A DNA stretch of 63,566 nucleotides, the filler included, from Octopus bimaculoides (taxonomy: Eukaryota), in NCBI RefSeq assembly GCF_001194135.2. It is 6 parts of 6 records of this genome, joined end to end, with 100 filler letters (N's around TTAATTAATTAA, not from the genome) between each part and the next. Parts side by side here need not be neighbours in the genome. Positions count along the whole stretch, not along the records: positions 1 to 27,232 come from NC_068981.1; positions 27,333 to 45,325 come from NC_068983.1; 4 more parts are not named here. One strand, written 5' to 3'. Positions 26,125-38,487 of the stretch are shown here, in pieces. Below the pieces are notes generated by a model. That model saw only the letters and a list, made by a program, of their open reading frames with translations. It searched no databases and was not told where the DNA came from. The position numbers and the translations under genes are program-made. Position 1 is the stretch's first letter. Each line of letters opens with the position of its first letter.

Positions 26125-26410
26125 GTCGTAGTCATAGCAGCGTCGTGAAGGTGTTCGCTTCGGAAGCAGATGGTTTCAGTTTCAATTACACTTCCTGGCA
26201 CCTGTGGCGAGTGTCTTTCACTATAGCCCCAGAAAAAACAATGACTTGAGTCTGTATTTAGCTGATGGAAATTTTGCTTAAGTTCGTTGTCAGTGTGTTG
26301 TGTGTGTGTGTGGGTGGGTGGGTCTTTGTGTCTATCTCGGACTGCTTGACAACCGATATTGGTTTGTTTACTTCCCCTTAAGTTAGCAGTTTGGCAAAAA
26401 GAGAATTGAA
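26125..26410 (+). mobile_element. SINE family C, degenerate
   Basis: ggcacctgtggcgagtgtctttcactatagccc...gcttgacaaccgatattggtttgtttac. Confidence 0.8.
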
Positions 26411-26429
26411 TATGCACCACACTTGAACA

Positions 26430-26463
<34 letters not shown>

Positions 26464-26901
26464 GTATATATGTATGTATATATANNNNNNNNNNNNNNNN
26501 NNNNNNNNNNNNNNNNNNNNNNNNNNNNNNNNNNNNNNNNNNNNNNNNNNNNNNNNNNNNNNNNNNNNNNNNNNNNNNNNNNNNNNNNNNNNNNNNNNNN
26601 NNNNNNNNNNNNNNNNNNNNNNNNNNNNNNNNNNNNNNNNNNNNNNNNNNNNNNNNNNNNNNNNNNNNNNNNNNNNNNNNNNNNNNNNNNNNNNNNNNNN
26701 NNNNNNNNNNNNNNNNNNNNNNNNNNNNNNNNNNNNNNNNNNNNNNNNNNNNNNNNNNNNNNNNNNNNNNNNNNNNNNNNNNNNNNNNNNNNNNNNNNNN
26801 NNNNNNNNNNNNNNNNNNNNNNNNNNNNNNNNNNNNNNNNNNNNNNNNNNNNNNNNNNNNNNNNNNNNNNNNNNNNNNNNNNNNNNNNNNNNNNNNNNNN
26901 N

Positions 26902-26959
<58 letters not shown>

Positions 26960-26988
26960 TGTTGTCGTTGTTGTTGTTGTTGTTGTTT

Positions 26989-27022
<34 letters not shown>

Positions 27023-27024
27023 GG

Positions 27025-27058
<34 letters not shown>

Positions 27059-27078
27059 GGTTGTTGTGGTTGTTGTGC
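26902..27078. repeat. (TAG)n-(GTT)n trinucleotide tract
   Basis: Direct reading. Confidence 0.97.
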
Positions 27079-27332
27079 ATGCAACCACACCAGGAGCATT
27101 AGCACCTGAAACGGATATCCCCATTATTTTAACCAGCGCAATACGAGAACAAAACAATTGTAGACGATATCGAATAATGATATTAATGATGTTGGTGGTG
27201 GTGGTGATGATGATGATGATGAGGAGGAGGAGNNNNNNNNNNNNNNNNNNNNNNNNNNNNNNNNNNNNNNNNNNNNTTAATTAATTAANNNNNNNNNNNN
27301 NNNNNNNNNNNNNNNNNNNNNNNNNNNNNNNN

Positions 27333-27364
<32 letters not shown>

Positions 27365-27429
27365 CACACACACTTGTGCGAACACGCTATCTTTAAGATA
27401 GTGTATTTTACATTATATAATATATTTGT

Positions 27430-28690
27430 GTAATATATATATATACATAAGTATACATACAGAATGCAGTAATTAAGAATAGAGCAGAAAAGTCTTCGCA
27501 TCTGATATGGAGTAGCTGAAATATTTGCAGACTCCATAGTCTGATAGTATTCACGGTCATCATGTGCTAAACCCACTTTCATTAGAGCCGCTTTGTAACT
27601 ATGGCAAACTACACCATTAATAGTTCTCATATCTTCAAATGATGTAGCTCCGGGAATATGATATAGTAAAGCTCTCAGTTAGCATCGCTCTTGTTCCTTT
27701 GGGGAAACAAAGTAGATACGCCCAAATGAGTGTGTATTATTTTTTCTGAGACGCCACATTTTCTCACTATTATTCCCTGTGTAAAATTCAGGGAAATCAA
27801 TATAGTGCAATGTATATGCGAATGAGTTAGCTAGTGATTCCCGGTTAACTCACATCCATTCAGTGAGAGTGGACCTGCCACGTGTGTGGATAACATGTTC
27901 AATATCATCAACCTCATTAAAGTAAACGTATTGCTGTTGGGGCAAATGAACTGTAAGCTGTCGGACTGCAGGATATGAACCATGTAATTTGAACCCTAAA
28001 ATCTTCCTGACTGTTCTGATGAGGATACATAGCAGCCATTGATATAATTTTCAATTTCCTCTTTGTGTGTTTGTTGTGCATTGGCTTGTGCATTAATATT
28101 GACTGTCACCCGATCATGACCTTTATGAATATATTTTCTAACATATTTAACTGATTTTACAGATGCATATATCTCTACATTACAATGACCGCCATATTTG
28201 ATTAAAAAGAAGGGGGAATATGGTACTACTGAACGATTATCTAATTCAACAGACTTCGTAAATGTAAAACCATTGTTTCGATGTCGGTAAAGTGGATAGC
28301 CATTATAACTATGTAATGTGTTTTCCTGAATGTTTTTAAGGAATTGTCTTTTACATTTCCCATCAACCATATATGTTGCATTGGGTTTATCTCTTCCACA
28401 TGGACCATGTAGCATGCTTTTGGTGACATGTTGAAACAGAATTGGTTGTTTGTGGATTTGGAAGCTCTGTAGAAACAAATTTATCATAATGTTCTGGATC
28501 TTTTTTAATATGAACAGCATATGACAACGGGGTAATGCACGCTTTTGAAACTCTATAGTCCACATGTACCCTGCAACATCTCCCAAAACATTCTTCTCTA
28601 AAATATCATGTAAGAGATCCTTAAGTTTCATATTAAATACTCTGTCAGTTAAATCTGGTCTGTCAGCTGGTGTCTGTCCTGGCTAAAGTT
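27430..28690 (-). pseudogene. Helitron RepHel (Rep/HUH region and linker) remnant
   Basis: PGQTPADRPDLTDRVFNMKLKDLL...YMWTIEFQKRALPRCHML...MLHGPCG...YPLYRHR...LDNRSVVPYSP...HCNVEIYASVKSVKYVRKYIHKGHDR, then YPAVRQLTVHLP...GRIYFVSPKEQER...HIPGATSFEDMRTINGVVCHSYKAA...; stops and frameshifts present. Confidence 0.93.
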
Positions 28691-29439
28691 TGTCTGTGAT
28701 ATCGGTCGAGCAACGAAAATTCTGACACAAATGAAAATTAAATTACGGAGATGTACTTGCATAGCAAGTGGCTTGATCTGAGAGCGTGTGCTGAAACAAA
28801 AACAATCGCAGCGTGGAAGATAATTGTAAGCAATTTAAGAACACAAAAAGCCGTTAGATTCACTTCAACGTTTAAATTTGTGTCCAAATATTTTCGTCGC
28901 TCTGGAACTGCGACCTGTTCACTGACAAAACTTCGCACGAAAAAACTGTTGTCTTATGTATGTCGAAAAATTACGTCAGCATTAAATGGATGTGTCTTAA
29001 TTTCATCTAAGATGTATTTTTTAAAATGTGGATAGCAAGAAAAAACCTCACTCCTAGTAGTTAAACATTCATTCGAGGTCCTTAAGTACTTCAAAAGGTG
29101 TGAGGACAGGGCGATTTGGCTGGTATTTCTAGCATGTTGAACGAACATATACAGGTGATGCATCAGTCTAAAATATAAAAATTTAAAGCAGAGACCTAGA
29201 AGATGGAATACTACAAAGCAGTTATTAATAGAATGTGCATTTAATATAAAAAAGAACAATGATGAATATATTAACAAGATGTATTAACTGAAAAACTAAC
29301 ACACAACTAAACATAAGCTTTAATAAAAGCAATTCTTTCTACGGAGGATGATAAAAACAAAATATTATTAGCATTAAAGAAACGGAAAGTAAACATTATG
29401 CAATAAACGTTTTTAGATGTCTTATATCACAAAAGCAAA

Positions 29440-29635
29440 TCAAATTGTATGAAAAGATCGTAAGGTTGATCCGCGAAAATTTCAAATAGCATTGACGGTA
29501 ATTTTTGTCTTCGGGCATGCGCATAAACATGTACCCAGTCTGGAAAACGCTATAACCGGTTAATGTTTATCACTGGGCATGCGCATAACAGGACGCACAG
29601 AGGAACGCCTTTTCTGTTATGTATACTACTAATGA
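29440..29635 (-). mobile_element. Possible Helitron 5' terminal region
   Basis: Lies upstream of RepHel on the same strand, next to a (TA)n tract, with a duplicated GGGCATGCGCATAA motif; assignment is inference. Confidence 0.3.
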
Positions 29636-29637
29636 TC

Positions 29638-29677
<40 letters not shown>

Positions 29678-29683
29678 TATACT

Positions 29684-30190
29684 ATATGTTACATATTCAT
29701 TATATCATACCTTAATACTGTGTGGACTAAAATCCCCGTTGACAGACCGCTGGTATTTATAGAGTGTTAAACACTTTCTGTATGCAAATTATGCATTTGT
29801 TAAGTATATAAATAATTCTGCTGCTTGTTTCTCTGGAGACTGTTGGACTGATGTGGACCGAAAATCGATTAATGTTATTCATGACTTTTTTTTTTCAGTT
29901 TGCGGAGAAATGGCTAAAATTGGTCCTGTTTATAATTATATCATATGTTACATATTTATTATATCATACCTTGATACTGTATGGACTAAGATCCCCGTTG
30001 ACAGGCCGTGCTATATTTGCTGAGTATATAAACAGATTGGCTGATTGTTTCTCTGGAGACTGTTAGAATGTTGTGGACACCTCTGATGAGAACCCAATAA
30101 AGTTCGAAAATCGATTAAATTTGTTCATCATCTTTTCAGTCTGCGAAGAAATGGCTAAAATTTGCCCTGTTTATAATTATACCAATATGT
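29684..30190 (+). repeat. Tandem repeat, two units of 259 and 242 bp plus the start of a third (retrozyme-like)
   Basis: atatgt(t/c)aca at 29684, 29943 and 30185; shared blocks ggactaa.atccccgttgacag, tgtttctctggagactgtt, cgaaaatcgatta, gaaatggctaaaatt. Confidence 0.9.
30057..30142 (+). ncRNA. Type I hammerhead ribozyme motif (minimal stem III), possibly decayed
   Basis: CTGATGA 30083-89; stem II GAAC/GTTC 30090-93/30102-05; GAAA 30106-09; stem III AA/TT around palindromic TCGA; UUA cleavage triplet ending 30117; interrupted stem I 30057-82 paired with 30118-42. Confidence 0.7.
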
Positions 30191-30194
30191 CACA

Positions 30195-30214
<20 letters not shown>

Positions 30215-30225
<11 letters not shown>

Positions 30226-30410
30226 CCCCAACATCACTTGACAACCGATGCTGGTGTGTTTACGTCCTCGTAACTTTGCAGTTTGGGAAAAGACACCGAT
30301 AGAATAAGTATTAGGCTTACAAAGTATAGATCCTGGGGTCGATTTGCTCGACTAAAGACGGTGCTCCAGCATGGCTGCAGTCAAATGACTGAAGCAAATA
30401 AAAGAGAATA
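30215..30410 (+). mobile_element. SINE family C tail
   Basis: cacttgacaaccgatgctggtgtgtttacgtcc...ggggtcgatttgctcgactaaag. Confidence 0.88.
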
Positions 30411-30599
30411 TATATATACATATATGGAGGCACCGCCCGGGATTATCTAGTCTGGGGATTCTCGGGTCGGTCATAAGGTGATAACCGCTCCATAACCGAC
30501 CGTCAGCATGTATATATACATTTGCGCTTTTCCTACAGTATTAAGAGTATTTTAACTCTTATTTCTAGCACTGTAGGTGCTTCGGCATCCTTAGTCACA

Positions 30600-31690
30600 C
30601 TTATTGACGACTGAATTTTCCCTTTATGGTATCACATTGCCCCTAGCTGTTTATATTAGTTATATATATATTCTCGAAAAATATTCGGCGTGTACTTGCG
30701 ATCGATGCAGAACATTTGGTAATGTTTCTTATCTAAAACGTTTCAACACCAAGTCAAAAATATTTGCCAGCCTTGTCAGAGTTCCTTCATGCTGATAATG
30801 CGGAATTTGTGGTTCATTCAGCGATGGACATAAAGACAATATTGGACATCTTCTCCGATGCATGCACGACATTGAGGCTAAATATTAGCATAGAAAGATA
30901 AAGGTTATGTACACTCCACTGAAATTTTCGTGGTAGGAAAAGCTTGAAGTGGGGGACGACTCTGTGTATCTTGGAAGAACATTTAGTAGAGACGGTACCC
31001 TTGACACCGAAATAAATCACAGGATTGCAAAAGCTGGAACTACTTTCTAGAATCTCGACAAGCGAGTCTAGTCAGGTCGGAGTTTAACGAGAGACACGAT
31101 GCTCACTGTGTATGAGGCTTGTGTTCTACAGCCCTGCTGTACGGCTGCTAAACGTGAAGACTTTCCAGGCATCATATCAAGCAGTTTGGGAAAGCTTCAC
31201 CACCATTGTGTCCGGCGATTCTTGTACATAAAGTGGTCCTCTTATACGCTTGATGTTGTGCTTGAGAAAGCTAGCAGCCTTTGTATTGAAACAAGGTTAA
31301 CTTTGAAAACAGATACGTTGGACTGGACAAGTTGTCAGGGTGGAAGGCGGAAGGCTACCCAGATATTTTATGGATAGCTGGTTAGAGGGAGCAGGTCTCA
31401 ACATTAGCCTAGGAAACGGTTAGAGGATGTCATAAAAGCAATCTCGAAGCTTTGAGAGGGATTGATATGGATATCTGGGAGAATTTGACTTCAAAGTCAT
31501 ACAGCATATCGGGAAAGAATATCAAGTACTGTTGCGATGTCTTTGAACAAAAGTGAATGGAGCATGCTCAATAAACGGAACCCAAGTGCAGTGCCTGCAG
31601 AGACCCAGCAACAATTGAGGCGCGATGTTTGTGGATGGTATATTCTCTCAAAAGCTGAGTTTGTCAACCATCTAAAGTCGTATGAGCCAC
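30600..31690 (+). mobile_element. RTE-clade (BovB-like) LINE, RT core to 3' end, degenerate
   Basis: CRTFGNVSYLKRFNTKSK...LHADNA (YADD-like)...FSDACTTLRLNIS...YLGRTFSRDGTLDTEINHRIAKAG...TMLTVYEACVL...LHHHCVRRFLYIKW...PRKRLEDVIK...CDVCGWYILSKAEFVNHLKSY. Confidence 0.9.
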
Positions 31691-31725
31691 CGAGAGAGAG
31701 AGAGTGGGGAGAGAGAGAGTGGAGA

Positions 31726-31761
<36 letters not shown>

Positions 31762-32689
31762 NNNNNNNNNNNNNNNNNNNNNNNNNNNNNNNNNNNNNNN
31801 NNNNNNNNNNNNNNNNNNNNNNNNNNNNNNNNNNNNNNNNNNNNNNNNNNNNNNNNNNNNNNNNNNNNNNNNNNNNNNNNNNNNNNNNNNNNNNNNNNNN
31901 NNNNNNNNNNNNNNNNNNNNNNNNNNNNNNNNNNNNNNNNNNNNNNNNNNNNNNNNNNNNNNNNNNNNNNNNNNNNNNNNNNNNNNNNNNNNNNNNNNNN
32001 NNNNNNNNNNNNNNNNNNNNNNNNNNNNNNNNNNNNNNNNNNNNNNNNNNNNNNNNNNNNNNNNNNNNNNNNNNNNNNNNNNNNNNNNNNNNNNNNNNNN
32101 NNNNNNNNNNNNNNNNNNNNNNNNNNNNNNNNNNNNNNNNNNNNNNNNNNNNNNNNNNNNNNNNNNNNNNATATATATATATATAAAACAAATAATAAAT
32201 GAGTATATGCATATATACGTACAGGTATGTGCATGTATATGTACATACATACATTCATACATTCATACAAACATCTGATCGCGCTGTTTGCACGGATTCT
32301 TGTGACTCTCTGTTGCCACCCATTTCTGTTATTCATATTTGAATTGGGGGCTTGAGTATAATGCGGGTACTTTGAAAATACCTCACGGAGTGGTGACTGT
32401 GCCCTGCATAGTTATGGGCTACCTTTTCGCAAGGCATAGCACCAGTTTATCCACAAGAGCACAATGTACCAGGTGGTGTGTTGTGTTCTTGAGCAAAACA
32501 CTTCACCTCACGTTGTTCTGCAATCACGCTGACGTGTGGCACGGCCTGCACCAGTACAGACAATGTCGAGTTGATGGAGGGAGTGAACTAAAGTACACCA
32601 CATACATTTGATCACTACAAACAAAGCATTTGTGTAAGTTGTTCATCAAGAAATTGCAGAATCGTTCTTCTCGGACTACAAGACTACCA

Positions 32690-32761
32690 TCATCAATATC
32701 GTCGTCGTCGTTGTCGTCGTCGTCGTCGTCCTCCTCCTCCTCCTCCTCCTCCTCCTCCTCC

Positions 32762-32825
<64 letters not shown>

Positions 32826-32838
32826 CATCATCATCATA
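32690..32838. repeat. (GTC)n-(CTC)n-(ATC)n tract
   Basis: Direct reading. Confidence 0.95.
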
Positions 32839-33407
32839 ACCACGTCATTTCATCAGGCAATATTCAGTCTTCTGCCGGCGAAATAAAATCATTTCTATGA
32901 AGGTAAACATTTAAAAATATAATTGAATTAGAAGCAAGTTTCATAAGAAATACAGACTTCCTAAAGGAGGGAGGAGATAGTTCGGCTTCCAGCCTATCAA
33001 GAAACATCGCATCTGTAAAGCCAACAAAATTGGTAAAAGTACATGTTACGTAAGTGTAGCTAAATTACCATATCGCTTTTTGGACTCTACAACCAAAATT
33101 AAATGAGCGGCCGTTTCTTGTAATATCTAATTTAGCTGTCAACTTGAAATTCATACAGACTAGCCCAAACAACTAACGGTCAAGAAATTGTCGCCAATTT
33201 ACAGATAAAATCATAACATTGTTTCGAATGAATCGATGCAGATACTCCGTTAGTTGTACGCAATGTCTAGTACACATATTCACCACACATATACATATAC
33301 CAAATAAAATAAAATAAAATGAGGGTAAATATATATTTTAAAGGTCGTTGTAAAATTTTTAATTATATTTACTTCCATGTGGGTATATTGTATGTGGCAT
33401 ATAAATG

Positions 33408-33722
33408 AAGGCCCATGGTTTAGTGGTTAGGAGTGTTCAGCTCACGATTGTAAGGTCGTGAGTACGATTCCCGTCGACGTGTTGTGTCCTTGAGAAAGAT
33501 ACTTTATTTCCCGTTCCAGTCCAATCAGCTGGTAAAAACGAGTAGTACCTGTAATTCAGAGAGCTAGTCTTGACATTCTGTGTCATGTTGAATCTCCATG
33601 AGAACTACGTTTAAGGGCACGCATGTCTGTGGAGTGCTCAGCCACTTGCACGTTAATTTCATGAGCAGTCTGTTCCGTTGGTCGGATCAACTTGAACCTT
33701 GGTCATCGTAACCGAAGGAGTA
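33408..33722 (+). mobile_element. SINE family D, full length
   Basis: Head ggcccatggtttagtggttagg...gagtacgattcccg; tail shared with family A; A-rich end. Confidence 0.9.
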
Positions 33723-33830
33723 CAAAAAAAAAAACATTGATAAGGTGGGTAGTAGAGACATTTTCCGGGTTTGACTGTAAAGCTTTGTTGAAACTAGTTG
33801 GGTCACAACTGCTAAGTTTGTTATATTCAG

Positions 33831-33978
33831 TATAAGAATTTATTGTTACTGCTTGGATTCATTCGAGCACGTATATAAATTCAGATATTGTAACTTAGAT
33901 TTACATAAGAGCACAAGTGATAGTTCACGGACAAATCTCATTCAGAATAGAACACCTTTAGTGCTTTGTGGAAATAAA
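33831..33978 (+). CDS. Putative exon or pseudo-exon of a Ras-family small GTPase (RASL10/RASD-like, up to the G4 motif)
   Basis: IRIYCYCLDSFEHVYKFR...RTPLVLCGNK resembles ILVYDICCFDSFEYV...TPIIIVGNK (RASL10B, from memory); acceptor ttgttatattcAG at 33830; possible donor AAA|GTAAAT at 33979; G1/G3 exons not found. Confidence 0.4.
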
Positions 33979-34449
33979 GTAAATGAAAGGAACGAGAAGT
34001 CAGGAAAGGCGGAAAGAAGACACTTGATGACCTTAACAGCTGCCTTCAGAAAAACTGACCTAAAAGCAAACTAAATTGTGTATGGACAGGAGGTCCACGA
34101 TCGCCAACGCCTATAGGCATGGCACATGAAGAGAGAGATACTAAAAGACCACTGTGTGTTTTTGGATGTATGGTAAGTTGACTTGACAAAAGTGGGTCGG
34201 AGAAATATGAGGTTGTAGGTCGATCAAGGCAAATAGCATTTATTCCTTTCAGTACTTTGAAATTCATGTTACTTCATCTCATGGAAATTATCCTCAATAG
34301 ACATGAATATATATTTAGTTTGGTTACGTGATTAGCTGCTAGTTGTGAGCACATTCACTTCGACTCGGAACATAATTAACTTAGTAAGCTAGTCACCAAA
34401 TAAAGAATATAACACACTCTGCTTCCTGAAGTGGTGAGTATTTCGTGTT

Positions 34450-34571
34450 GTATCAACAATATACATATACACACACATATGCATATAGACACACATGCAC
34501 ATACTCACACACATACACACCCACCCACCCATATATATATACATATATATATATAATACATATATACATGT

Positions 34572-34614
<43 letters not shown>

Positions 34615-34649
34615 TATACGTATATATGCATATATGCATATATGTATGC

Positions 34650-34682
<33 letters not shown>

Positions 34683-34695
34683 TGTATGTATGCAG
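34450..34695. repeat. Compound (TA)n/(CA)n/(TATG)n microsatellite
   Basis: Direct reading. Confidence 0.95.
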
Positions 34696-35754
34696 GTAGG
34701 GTTTGTGTCTAAAAATGTGTATGTATGTTTTAGCATAACAACAATTATTTACACAATACATTAATCAATTCCCAATTGTGAAAATTATTCTCTATTCATC
34801 AGCTGATTAGACACGTATGTCTCATACTGAAAAAAAAAATCACCTACTTCACCATCATCACTACTACCACCACCAACACTACTACTTGTATTAATTCTAG
34901 TAATACTACTACTGCTATTTTGTTTCAATTCTGTAAGAGAGTAAATATGAAATAAGACAGACATTCTGATTTGAAATATAGAATATATTTTTGTTTCTTA
35001 TCTGAAATTCTATTTGTGAAACCAAGAAAATCAAATTTTAATTAAGGTAGTAGAAAATAAGACTACATAGAATCAATTATAGATTCAAAATTTCAGAGGA
35101 AACTGAAGAGCCACAAATTTCTGATTAAATTTAATATATTTGCATGTAAAATTCCTAGTTACCTGGGATTGTGCTGTTAGTACGCAAGCCATCATTTAAA
35201 ATGAATTAAATCTATAGCCATATTGAAGTACAGGCCTCATAACTAGTACAATTCTAACACGACAGCATGATATAATCAATCCTCGAAGTGTTATAAATCA
35301 CTCAATGACTCATTCATTAAAACTCTACAGACTCCTGCAGACTTACACACTACCACACACACTGTAGCCATTCAAAAGTTTACTGTCACACTACAACCAT
35401 TCAATGATTCATTTACCAATACATTAAAATCCCTCAGTGGTTCATCCACTATCACGTTAACAGACTATTGGTACACAGACATGCTATTTCTCGATATTCC
35501 TTCTATAGCTGTTATAGGAGTATATGTTATTCTCATCTGATAGGTTGTGTATCACCTCCACCAAATCAATTAAACACGCTTGTTTCTTCCACTTATTGGT
35601 ATATCAACTGTGTCTCAGATCCTAAACCTAGTTTCAACACTTTTAGAGTTTATTTCTCTTTGGCCTGATTTTTACTCATATTTTTCCGACAGACGATACG
35701 CTACACATCGCCAAAGGACATCGGCACATTTCCTTTTTCTTTCCTACTATATAT

Positions 35755-35962
35755 AATCCTTATAAGCACAAGACCTGAAATGTCGAGGAAAGGAGGATGT
35801 CGATTGGGGAAAGAGAAATGCTCAACTGGTACTTATTTCATCCACTCCGAAAAGATGAAAGTCGACCACGGCCGAATTTGAACTTAGAATGTAAAGACAG
35901 AAGAAATTATGCTAAACATTTTGTCTGGTATGATTAATGATTCTGTCAGCTTGCCGCCTTCC
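35755..35962 (-). mobile_element. SINE family B, degenerate
   Basis: caactggtacttatttcatc...gtcgaccacggccgaatttgaacttagaatgtaaagac. Confidence 0.8.
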
Positions 35963-37082
35963 TACTATATAATAACAGAAGCAAAACTGTGAGAAATATG
36001 TGGTTAGCAGTTGCTGCTGTTGTTTAGACTAGGTTTGCTCTCTTAAAGTAGACCTATAATTTAGGATATTCCAGCCATGATCATTCCGTCTTGCTTTTAA
36101 ATATAGTGTATTATCCAGGACTACAATATCCCCTCTTTTTTTTTAAAGATAATAGGGTATATAACTTGAAGCGAGTTTTGCTGCTATGTCCAGGTGATCG
36201 AGTGATGGCATAGAGGCTCTGTCAGTAGCTCCGCTAGAAGAGTATTAGACTTAAGAGATAAGTGCAAGATACTAGTGGTAGAAATAGGTGGCTCAAATAT
36301 GTGGAGGGAAATATGTGGTAGAAATTAGCGCTAGAAATAAGTCGTAAAATTAGAATGAAGAAATATGAAAGAAATATATGATATTGCAACTGCTTCCTAA
36401 ATTGATACTTCACACCAACAGCACTGTTTAAATTAAACAATAATATTGTTTAAGAATTATCACTAGAATCCCTAATTTAAGTGTTCCGCATCAGTAATTT
36501 AGCCACGTGGATAATGTATGGAAATATCAGTGACTCATAAGTAACGAGTTTATGCTACATTACTAGGTACAGCACTCCCTTCTATATACTTCACTTCACA
36601 TAGCGATCGGGGAATATGGAGGAAGCCTTTCTGAAGAATTCACTGCTTTCTTAAGTCACATCTTATCATCTTGAATACAGAGAGTATACATTATATAATG
36701 TAGTCCTGCGTACCCCCAAGAAAACTCTGTAATTTTAGCATTAAAAAAAAGTTAGAATAGCTTTTATCTTATATGTGAGCGATAAGGGTTGATATGGGGA
36801 CAAACAGGAACAGCAACAAAGAATAGGTAGGTCCCTTGATCGAGCAGCTGTACAAATATCTAAACCGATGCGAGACCAAATGTATATACATGCATAAAAC
36901 ACGCCCGCACGCCCGCATAAACGCGCGCGCGCGCGCACACACACACACACTATGTAGTAAGATGCAAAATGATCATGGTACGAACAGTTGGTTAGCCTCA
37001 AGTATAGATATGGCTTGTATAGATAACACAATGTAGATGACACTCGACCGATCAAATTTATTAACGTATGCAGTACATTTGT

Positions 37083-37450
37083 TGTTGGCACTCCGTCGCT
37101 TACGACGTCGTGGGTTCCAGTTGATCCGATCAACGGAACAGCCTGCTCGTGAAATTAACGTGCAAGTGGCTGAGCACTCCACAGAAACGTGTACCCTAAA
37201 CGTAGTTCTCGGGGATATTCAGCGTGACACAGTGTGACAAGGCTGGCCCTTTGAAATACAGGCACAACAGAAACACGAAGAAAGTTGTGTTGAAAGAGTA
37301 CAGCAGGGTTCGCCACCATCCCCTGCCAGAGCCTCATGGAGCTTTAGGTGTTTTCGCTCAATAAACACTCACAACGCCCGGTCTGGGAATCGAAACTGCG
37401 ATCCTATGACCGCGAGTCCACTGTCTTAACCACTGGACCATTGCGCCTCC
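37083..37450 (-). mobile_element. SINE family A with 12-bp TSD
   Basis: TSD CAGTACATTTGT at 37071-37082 and 37452-37463. Confidence 0.96.
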
Positions 37451-38487
37451 ACAGTACATTTGTAAACAGCAGGTAAAAAGTATCCGAAGAGAAGGTACAC
37501 TGAACATCTATGTAATACCCTGAAGTTTCATAAATTCCGTTTGGTTATTCCTTTGATATGTATGTAGTACGTAATTATCTACTCCATTCCCTTCACTCAC
37601 ACAAACACACAACAACAACAACACACACATATGATATATATATATGAGTTTGTATATATATATATATAAATTTACTACTCGGCAAAATTGTTAATTATTA
37701 ATTTTATTACTAATTGACAATTCCCTGCCCTATATCTGTATATTTTATATTGATGCCTCTAAGTTGGATGGTTAAACCGTAACCCTTCATACGGGCCTTT
37801 TTTCTATACGGGACTATTTGTGACACACATTGAATAGATTCTTTGGAGTGAAGTGTTTTGAACTCACTAGCCGATAAATTTCTTAGTGCCTGCCTCACGT
37901 GGTCTTGATGTCGCATGGTCAAAATTCACATGAGTTTTATTAGACACTTTCAAATTTATTCGAATATTGAGGCTGAAGATCGGAATAGGGTAACTTCATA
38001 CCCTTAACCGTGAAACGTCGTACCCAATTAACTAAAGGCAGGTTTGTTTTTGCTTTTCTCTNNNNNNNNNNNNNNNNNNNNNNNNNNNNNNNNNNNNNNN
38101 NNNNNNNNNNNNNNNNNNNNNNNNNNNNNNNNNNNNNNNNNNNNNNNNNNNNNNNNNNNNNNNNNNNNNNNNNNNNNNNNNNNNNNNNNNNNNNNNNNNN
38201 NNNNNNNNNNNNNNNNNNNNNNNNNNNNNNNNNNNNNNNNNNNNNNNNNNNNNNNNNNNNNNNNNNNNNNNNNNNNNNNNNNNNNNNNNNNNNNNNNNNN
38301 NNNNNNNNNNNNNNNNNNNNNNNNNNNNNNNNNNNNNNNNNNNNNNNNNNNNNNNNNNNNNNNNNNNNNNNNNNNNNNNNNNNNNNNNNNNNNNNNNNNN
38401 NNNNNNNNNNNNNNNNNNNNNNNNNNNNNNNNNNNNNNATATATATATATATACACATGACGAGCTTATATCTTATCTTTATAAAGT

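Noticed and set aside
27277-27288. TTAATTAATTAA islands between N runs (also 45370-81, 53396-407, 56295-306, 62211-22)
   Set aside because: An identical 12-mer with stops in all six frames, always centred between similar N runs, is most likely a scaffolding spacer, not biology
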